From NCBI RefSeq assembly GCF_006345805.1, contig NC_043000.1, positions 104,842,001-104,906,000 of the forward strand: a stretch of DNA of 64,000 nucleotides, written 5' to 3'. Both the position numbers and the translations under genes were made by a program. The DNA comes from Octopus sinensis. Lineage: Eukaryota. A model generated the notes under the pieces. That model was not told where the DNA came from and did no database searches. It saw only the letters and a list, made by a program, of their open reading frames with translations. Of the stretch, positions 55,348 to 64,000 are shown piece after piece. Numbering within the stretch: position 1 is the stretch's first letter; each line of letters begins with the position of its first letter.

Positions 55348-55504
55348 TATTTTTTATACTTTTATCTTTTACTTGTTTCATGTATATATATATACATTGT
55401 TAGAAATTAAATAAGTACCGGTTTCACGATCAATGAAACAAATCCATTTTTAAAGGTGCATCCTTTACCTAGTTTTGATTATGTTGTTATTTATGTTCTA
55501 TTTT

Positions 55505-55557
55505 AACAAAACTGACCGTCGAACGGGAACGTGAAACTCTGAGTAACAGCTTTTGTT
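55505..55557 (+). ncRNA. Mutated copy of the same hammerhead-like fold (CCGTCGA core, helix I mismatch)
   Basis: ctga-CCGTCGA-acg-GGAA-cgt-GAAACTCTGAGTA-acag. Two substitutions relative to the left copy, one at conserved A6. Confidence 0.5.
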
Positions 55558-55581
55558 ATATTTCTGCTGCTTTTAAATAAA

Positions 55582-55621
<40 letters not shown>

Positions 55622-57310
55622 CAGAGATAGATAGATGGAGAGAGAGAGAAAGAGAGAGAGAGAACGGAAAACTCTTCCGTTGTTAGACAACGGATGAGAG
55701 TTCTGCAATGTCCTGTTGAACAACCACACAGATGATTTGTGTTCACATAAGCTCATTCTCTCCATCAGATCGACATTAGCTGTACAGGTACACTAGTGTA
55801 CCACACGTCTGATATTGAAATGATCGCATATCAACGTGAAATTGTGTTTTTTGCTCATGAACACAACGCTCTGCCCGATCTGGGGATCGAAATCACCATC
55901 TCGTGATCGTGAGTGCAACATTCTAACCGCTAGGCCATGCGCCTTACACACACGCACGCACACACACACACACACACAACACACATACACACACATAGAG
56001 AGAGTGATGTATACATACATGCATACTTTCTGTTGACTCATAAAAAATAAATTACAGCACTCAGTACAAATCTAGAATATTCTATAATACATTATAAAAG
56101 AAAGTCTCCGATTTCCAGTACTCAGACTTATTCGTTTCCGATCATCAGTTGATAAACCGAATCTTTTTTATATTTTTTAAATATCCAGTGTCTGAGTATT
56201 TCTTGAAATATAAAAGGAAACTTTGAAGAAAACGCTTAGCCTTATATTCTTTTGTTTGCAAAGCTTTACGAACGACACATGCAAAAACGGCTGCTTCAAG
56301 CTCACGCTTTGGATTTCATTACTGGTTCTCGTTGTAGGATTATTATAAACATCTTAAACTCCATACAAGCGAAGTCATGAAATTGGTTGCTGTTTAAGCA
56401 ATGTTCCAAAGTAATACTTTTAAGTTATGTCTTCAAAAACAATAAGTGTGTATGTGGGTGTTCATTTTGGATGCGCCTGTGCAGATGCATAGATATACAC
56501 ATACACGCACTCATGCACACATAAATATACACTGAATTATTTATACATGTATACATGTACACATACGTATATATACACATACGCGCACATAGAGAGCCAC
56601 CCACACATATTAAAGTATATATCAATAAAACCTATTAATTAAGCATTCCGAAATCAACGTTTGTGTTCATGTTTGTGATGTGTGTATGAAATACAATTTC
56701 AAGAGTAAAACAGCATCACAAAATTTTATGTCTCTTTTATCTTTTGTCTTCATTACAAGTATTACCTATTAATTATTTTATCTTTAATTGTTAAATTCAA
56801 GCCTTATACAACCTCTTTATCTTTATGTATATTTTAGATCATCACTATTACTGGCCTTTAACAGTGCTTTTTATGTATACATAAAATATATACGTAGGTG
56901 TCCATGTAGGTAAGTGTGTGTCGATATGTACACATATATGTATATATATGTGCTTTTCAAGTGCTGGTTATAATTTCGAAAAGTAGTTACTATACTGAGA
57001 AGTAATGTGTATTGCAACATCAATGTGGTTGTTGCAAGATCAGTGACTGTTTGTCGCTTGGTTTTCTATTTATTGCGAACTGGAGCGAATTTCTGCTATC
57101 TCTATTGACATTTTTCTAAGCCCTTATTGTAATTATAATTTTATATATATATAATTATAATAAGGGCTTAGGAAAAAATATATATATATACCCATATACA
57201 TATTTTCCTACTTTTCTTAACATGAAACCAATGGTAGCCTTAATTCACAAATAAAGTAATTATATCAACCAATGCGGTACTGAGCACTCATTTTCATCGT
57301 TCAACATTTA

Positions 57311-57353
<43 letters not shown>

Positions 57354-58054
57354 TCGCCATGCTGGACCGTTGAAATCTACAAGTTTTTTCATTCTCTCAC
57401 TGTTTATTTTTCTCTTATTCCTTTCTGTTGAAGAGCAAAGGCTCAAAACGTAAAAGATTATTTTATTTTCCCGAGCGTCAAACTAATACACTTGCTTGTT
57501 GTTCATACATCTGTCTTCGTCTTTTGTTTTTCTATAAATTTCGAACTATATGCGTGTGTGTGTGTGTGTGTGTGTGTGTTTGTTTGTGCGAGTGTATGTA
57601 TGTATGTATGTATGTAAGTATGTATATATATATATAGTAAACAGACGAAAGAATGAAGATGCTACATGACTTGAAAGGCGACGATTATTACGGTAGCTTG
57701 TGAAACCATTTCATCCATATAAATATTGGTTTGTACATATAGAAATTGCATAAACTGAAACAATAATTAATTAATTAGCTAACTGATTTATTAATTAATT
57801 TAGTTATTTAGTTATTCATTAATTATTAATTAAGAAGTTACTTTCTGCTACTTCATCAAGTCTGCTAATGTTACTGTGGTATATTTTGAGAATATTCCAA
57901 AACTATTGCGTGGAGTTATTCGCCAGTATTTCTTTAATCTTTACTGTCTCTCGCTATGTGCACACACACACACAGACGCACGCACGCACACCACACACAC
58001 ACACACACACACACACACCCACACTCACCCACACACCCACACACATACACGCAT

Positions 58055-58126
<72 letters not shown>

Positions 58127-58857
58127 CATTATTATTATTACTAATTTTCATGTTTCAGTCTATTTGTCCTTTATTTAGACTTCGACCTTACGTATACCTT
58201 ACTTATAGATCCTATTACGTGTTCCCTTCACCTTCACATACCCCTTTTGATAACATTGCGTTATACATCTACTTACGACCTTGTTTACGTATTCAATAGC
58301 ATTAAAGTTCTTCCCTTCAATTTACTTTATTCTATTTAACTGTTCCCTATAATTTTCCACCTACCTAACTATCCACTCCTTTCTTGTACTTATTCATCTT
58401 TCTTCCTACTATTATACACACATAATATATTCTAATTGTGATGACATAATTAGAAATTGCTAGCGCATGAGTATCACTCCTTATTTAACCTTTTACTTAA
58501 TACTAAACTTCCTAAACATCCAATTCCCACTTGTATACCAAAAAGTATAATCAAGAAACTCTAGCCTTTCTGAACATTTATAATGAACTTCTTTATAATT
58601 CAGTGCTACAACTAGCAATGAAGTTCATCTATCAGAAATAAATTAACCATTCTGTCAATTAACGTTATCATTTAATACGTTATAATTCCAATCATAAAAC
58701 AGTTTAGTTTATCATAACCATTCATTAAATTTCACGCATAAATTTGAGTATATATCTCCATATTCTATTTAATTTCTCCTAAAAAAAGCATTCTCTTAGC
58801 ATATCGTATTTAGTTATCTGCAGGACGATTCTGCGAAATAGTATCATAATTGTCTGG

Positions 58858-59090
58858 AAGGCGGTGAGCTGGCAGAAACGTTAGCACGCCGGGCGAAATG
58901 CGTAGCTGTATTTCGTCTGCCGTTACGTTCTGAGTTCAAATTCCGCCGAGGTCGACTTTGCCTTTCATCCTTTCGAGGTCGATTAAATAAGTACCAGTTA
59001 TGCACTGGGGTCGATATAATCGACATAATCCGTTTGTCTGTCCTTGTTTGTCCTCTCTATGTTTAGCCCCTTGTGGGTAATAAAGAAATA
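58858..59090 (+). mobile_element. tRNA-derived SINE, family B, with an 18-bp TSD
   Basis: aaggcggtgagctggcagaa...gagttcaaattcc; TSD agtatcataattgtctgg at 58840-58857 and 59091-59108. Confidence 0.92.
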
Positions 59091-59191
59091 AGTATCATAA
59101 TTGTCTGGGTCATGACATCATTACATACATGGTTCAAGTTCCTCGGTTAGCTTTCCGCTGCTTTTAGTCGAAGGGTTTTTTTTGTTTTAAT

Positions 59192-59274
<83 letters not shown>

Positions 59275-59277
59275 GTG

Positions 59278-59311
<34 letters not shown>

Positions 59312-59354
59312 TCTATCTACATGTGTGAGTGTATACACATACATACCTTATGTT

Positions 59355-59772
59355 CATTTTTTTACTCGTTTCAGTCATTTAACTTAGACCATGCTGGAGC
59401 ATCGCCTTGAAGGGTTTTAGTCGAACAAATCAAAATCAGATCTTTTTTTAGAGCCTAGTACTTATTCTATCGGTCTCTTTTGCCGAACCGCTAGTAAACA
59501 CAGCAACGCCGGTTGTCAAACAGTGACGGAGGGATAAACACAGACACAAACGTTATACACATAAATAGATAGATAGATACATACATACATATATACATAC
59601 ATACATATACGACGGGTTTCTTTCAGTTGCCGTCAACCAAATCCACTCACAAGGCTTTGGTTGCTCCAAGGTTATAGTAGAGGACACTTCCTCAAGATAT
59701 CACGCAGTAAAACTGAACTCGGAACAACGTGGTTGGGAAGCAAACTTCTACCCACACAGCAACGCCTGCGCC
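59355..59772 (-). mobile_element. SINE family A
   Basis: Head, core and tail motifs on the minus strand. Confidence 0.82.
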
Positions 59773-59940
59773 TACATACATTTATAAACAGAAAGACATG
59801 TAAATCTGTCTTCTATGCACCAATACACCTCCACACACACACACACACACACACATACATACATACATACATACATACATACATACATACATACATACAT
59901 ACATACATACATACATACATACATGCATACATACATACAT

Positions 59941-60535
59941 AAAACCTGATATAACGATTTGGGATAGTGAAGTGAGACTGCACAGTTGAGGGAATTAGCT
60001 GCCCAGTGGGTGTTAACATAAAACTGAAGATCAGTGAAAAGGGGAACACCTATGCTGAACTATTGAGAAATCTACAGTTACTCTATCCAGATTGCAAGTT
60101 CAGGTTTATACCTGTAATCATGGGGGTCCTGGAATATATAGCACAATGCCTAAATACCAATCTTGAGAAATTAAGCTTCTCAAAACCAGAAAGGAGAAAG
60201 CTAATGCGAACACTAGAGTTTCAATTCATCACTGGAACTGTAAAAATCTGTAAAACTTACCAGAAGTTTATCATTTGAATATATATGAGCATGTCTAGAT
60301 ATGTAACTATGTGCACGAGAATATATATATAAGACAGGCAAATCTGCACATACATACATACATACATACATACATACATACATACATACATACATACATA
60401 CATACATACATACGTACATACATATACATACCCTGTTGTTGATGATGAAATTCCAATAAAGGAGCCTTGAATCTAGGTTAGAAACTATCTTTTTTTCTAT
60501 TAGCAAGAAATCTTGAAATAAAACTGAACAATGAC
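59941..60535 (+). mobile_element. 3' fragment of an RLE-type (R4/Dong- or NeSL-like) non-LTR element embedded in (CATA)n
   Basis: KPDITIWD...SCPVGVNIKLKISEKGNTYAELLRNLQLLYPDCKFRFIPVIMGV...TGTVKICK, followed by a putative 3'UTR. (TACA)n lies on both sides. Confidence 0.75.
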
Positions 60536-60859
60536 ATACATACATACATACATACATACATACATACATGCATACATACATACTTACATACATACATACA
60601 TACATATACATACATACATACATACATACATACATACATGCATGTATACATACATACATACACACATACATACACAAACGCATACGTTTGTAATGTTTTC
60701 TTTACTTCTTCCTTGCTATTAAGCAGAATGAGAGAAAACCTAACAAATGTTGTTCAAATTGTGCCGTTTAAATAAAATAGCAGGACAGACTCTCTAAATA
60801 GTAGGGATTCGCTAATAATAAGTCAATGGCCGGCAAAGGACAAAAAAGCTTTTAGCGTT

Positions 60860-61470
60860 GTCGTTGTTACTCTTGTTTTTGTTGTTGTTACTGTTGTCGT
60901 TGCTACTGAATTTGTGGGTGTTTTTGGTTTGTTTCTTATAGTTAACTTGGCTCGGAATGTGTTGTTCTTCAATTTTTGTTGATTTAGTTCTTCTGTACCA
61001 TAGAAGTTGCAATTGGACAGTCTGTCTACTGTGTTGGTAGTTGCAGTAGTGGTGGTGGTGGTGGTGGTAATGGCGGAACTGTTGATGCTAGAGTAGTGGT
61101 TTATAATGATGGTAAAGGTGGTGGTGGCGGTGATGGCAGCAGTGATGGCGGTAGTGATGGAAGCGGCGGTGGCTACAGTGGTGATAGTAGTGGCGGTAGT
61201 GGTAGTTGTGGTGGTGGTGGTGGTAGTGGTGGTGGTGGTGGTGGTGGTGGTGGTGGTGGTGGTGTGGTGGTGGCTATGGTGTTCGTTATCGCTGGGGTAG
61301 TGATGTATTGTGGTTTTGAAGGGTTGGCAGTGAGGTGGTTGTACTTGCAGTGCTGGGGTGGTGGGTATATAGAGGCAGTGGAGATGGGGTTGATGGTGTT
61401 GAATGTGATGATAAATATTTTGGTGAAGTTGGTGGTGGTGAAGCAGTGAGTATTGAATGACTGACAATGA
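60860..61470. repeat. GGT/GTT-rich trinucleotide low-complexity tract
   Basis: (GGT)n core with decayed flanks; this explains the poly-T/G/V ORFs in the track. Confidence 0.9.
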
Positions 61471-62020
61471 TGGTAATGGTCGAGAGTTTGGTGGTGGGTT
61501 GCTGGAGAGGTTTGTTAACGATGATAGATAGACTATTTAGAACATCTACAGATCATGAGATTGGTTAGAACAGCTGCGAACCAACTGGCTACTTAGAAAA
61601 ACATATTAAGAACAATCGGGTGTTTAAAATAGTCATGAGCAAATAAGCTCTTTGGAACAGCATTAATGAAACAATACTCTTGGAACATCTATAAACTATC
61701 TGACTGCTCTGCACACAGCTATGAAATAAAAGGTTAAGAACAGTTGCGGACCATGGGTTTGTTTTTAATAGCTAAGGACAATCTGGTAGTGTAATATAAT
61801 TTTGTAATCCAACACTTTACTGTAACATTAAGTGAATGGATGGTACGTTTGTTTGTTTTTATCGACATAGTTTACTAGTCTCTCATAAGCCACGTCACCA
61901 GAAAAACCAAGTAAATTTTCCTTGAGACAACATACATTATCCAACGTGTATTTACTTTTTCAAGAGTGGTATGAGGGAAATTTTGCGGTTATTTATAGTC
62001 GTAGCGGCCAGATACAGACT

Positions 62021-62420
62021 CTTTCGTGAGTTCGTATATATGCAAATATGTATATAGCCGAGGTAATCAGACGAAAGGAGTAATTCCAAATATTTTTTAT
62101 AGCAAAGATTCAAAGGCCAAAAATCTCAAATGCATCAGGTGATGGCTATAATTCCAGATATTTTTACAGCAAAGACTCAACGGCTAAAAATCCCAAATGC
62201 AATCGGTATATAGACACATTCGAATTTTTCTACAATAATGATGTTGCGGCCATACAAAGTAATATTCTTGATTATATTCAAAAGAAAAACCGTTCAACTG
62301 ATCAAGATGTGCGATGTATTGAAAATCCTTTAGGGCCCTCATATGACGAGCTAACTCTGTGTCTTTCTTTTTATTCACACATCGGAAAGAAGACTGGTGG
62401 TTTGTGTTTCTTCTTTTAAA
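62021..62420 (-). mobile_element. Penelope-like relic: GIY-YIG end, short direct repeats and a decayed hammerhead-like motif
   Basis: KKDTELARHMRALKD...YCRKIRMCLYTD resembles TxLSxxxWxLKD...CxLCLxEK. ~55-bp direct repeats at ~62083-62136 and ~62151-62203; ctttcgt-CTGATTA...TC-acgaaag at 62021-62077. Confidence 0.6.
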
Positions 62421-63411
62421 ACCACCTTCTCATATACCAATGTAACTTTTCCCTTGAGCCCCTTATTTTGAAGTACTGCTATGGCTTCAAATTTATAAAA
62501 CACTGATCTAATCAGGCATGCCTAGTGGAGTAAGGTATGTTTCTGGATCTTGACCTTCTCTCCATTGAATTAATTTATACCAACCATATTAACTCTGATT
62601 CGAACGGGAAAACGATGCAACTCTCGATTTTCTTTTCTCATTCCACTTTTTGCTTTTTCCTTCCTCTCGTCCTTCATCGTGTTTTCTCAAAGATCAGCAT
62701 CATTTCATGTTTGTTCTTTTTTTCAAAAGCCAGCGTGCTTTCTCGTTTATTAAAAAAGACCAGCCATGTTGTATATTTGAGTATGAAAAAATGCTTAGAA
62801 ACACAAGGCATGCTATACAAACTTGTCAGTTGATTGCGTTTTTATAGTATGAAACTTATAGTAACTCGAATCTAAATTTTGAGTACAATAAACGATACTT
62901 ATCTCTCACTAGATAGAATACTATTTTAGCCGATCCTTCGAGTAACAGAACAGAGAATTACACATACATACACACAATACCTATTATAGATATTGGTTGG
63001 TTGATTCCACGCTTTACATCGTATTGAGAGAAAAAGTAAAAGAGATACAGAGAGAGTTAAGATAAACGGTACAAGATTAGTACACACACGAAGCTTGGTG
63101 ACAGGCAAAGTGTAAAAGAATGCCACACACACAATGAGAAAGAAAAAATCAGAGAAACAGAGGTAAAAGAGGAAAGGCAGTAAACAATAGAGCAATAATT
63201 GGAGGAGTTATAAGAATATTTCCTTATCTAATTCTATTTTAACGTAGTAAATATTTTTCCTTTGAAAATTATTCAAGCACAAAGAATTTGATTAAGGTTA
63301 AAATATAACAATTGTAGGCATGCTATATTTCTTGATAATCTTAGTGGCAAAAATATACTTCCAAAGTAAACCGTCATATGACGGGCAACACTGCACTGTG
63401 TGTGTGTGTGT

Positions 63412-63446
<35 letters not shown>

Positions 63447-64000
63447 ATGTTTGTTTATATATGTGTTTGTGCATGCACGCATATGATAAAATATGTGGCA
63501 AAACTGTTATATATTGACTTAGCTGTGTAATTTCAACTTCGAGAAAAATATAGAAATAATGCGACTACGGTTCTCACTTTAACTATAAACCGCTTTAGAA
63601 ATTGTCGCAGCGAAGAAGATTGATTGACCCCATTTTACACTCAACAGACCCGACATAATGACATAATATTAAATGACAAAGATCATACTACTTTATTGAT
63701 AATTGGTATGGAAATGGAGGCTGATTATAACGTCGCCCAGAAGAGAATAGGAAAGCTAAGGAATTTTACTGAATCAGCTATTGAATTAAAGTTATTATGA
63801 TATGTAACAACTGTGTAGATAATTCCTTTTGTAATTGCTTCAATTGGAATGATACGTAGTCACATTTGTAAAGATATTGGAGAGTTTCTTTTGTCTAGGC
63901 ACACACATTCTATATTTTAGTGCGTTCCTAAAGGCCATTAAATGTAAGGGACAATTGAATATCTTGAATTTACCAAGACAGTAATGATATCGATTTATTT

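Larger units (their letters stand above)
54481..55583. repeat. Inverted repeat pair, 189 bp each (54481-54669 and 55395-55583), with few mismatches, enclosing a SINE and TA microsatellites
   Basis: Direct reverse-complement comparison. Resembles an inverted Penelope pseudo-LTR arrangement. Confidence 0.92.

Noticed and set aside
56115-56155. Minus-strand CTGATGA-tcg-GAAAC...GTC; similar partial motifs near 13880, 36735 and 57425
   Set aside because: Helix I and/or helix II cannot form; at most eroded relics.
60823-61467. 214-aa poly-Thr/His ORF and the opposite poly-Gly ORF
   Set aside because: They arise from a (GGT)n low-complexity tract with no splice or domain support.

Overview
AT-rich, microsatellite-dense eukaryotic genomic DNA. 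The SINE and other repeat families look like those I recall from an octopod cephalopod (Octopus-like); this is not database-checked. Most ORFs in the supplied track are microsatellite translations. A spliced gene can be assembled by hand on the minus strand, with long introns and compatible phase-1 junctions. Its parts are two candidate 5'UTR exons (~42.2-42.6 kb), a signal-peptide exon (41578-41676), two paralogous 192-bp exons encoding divergent Kunitz/BPTI-like modules (28744-28935, 26987-27178), a probable linker exon (14115-14255) and a Frizzled cysteine-rich-domain exon (11299-11535). I could not find the remaining 3' exons. Mobile DNA includes a near-intact mariner, a CR1/L2-group LINE 3' half, several RLE-type non-LTR fragments (CRE-like; R4/Dong-like inserted in microsatellites), a shrunken Gypsy element, Penelope-like relics, hAT and Tigger MITEs and many SINEs. 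The most unusual signal is a set of type I hammerhead-ribozyme-like folds with a variant CCGANGA core and a very short helix III. They sit in a perfect 113-bp-arm palindrome (35662-35902) and in a 189-bp inverted-repeat pair (54481-55583). More decayed copies lie next to Penelope-like GIY-YIG relics.
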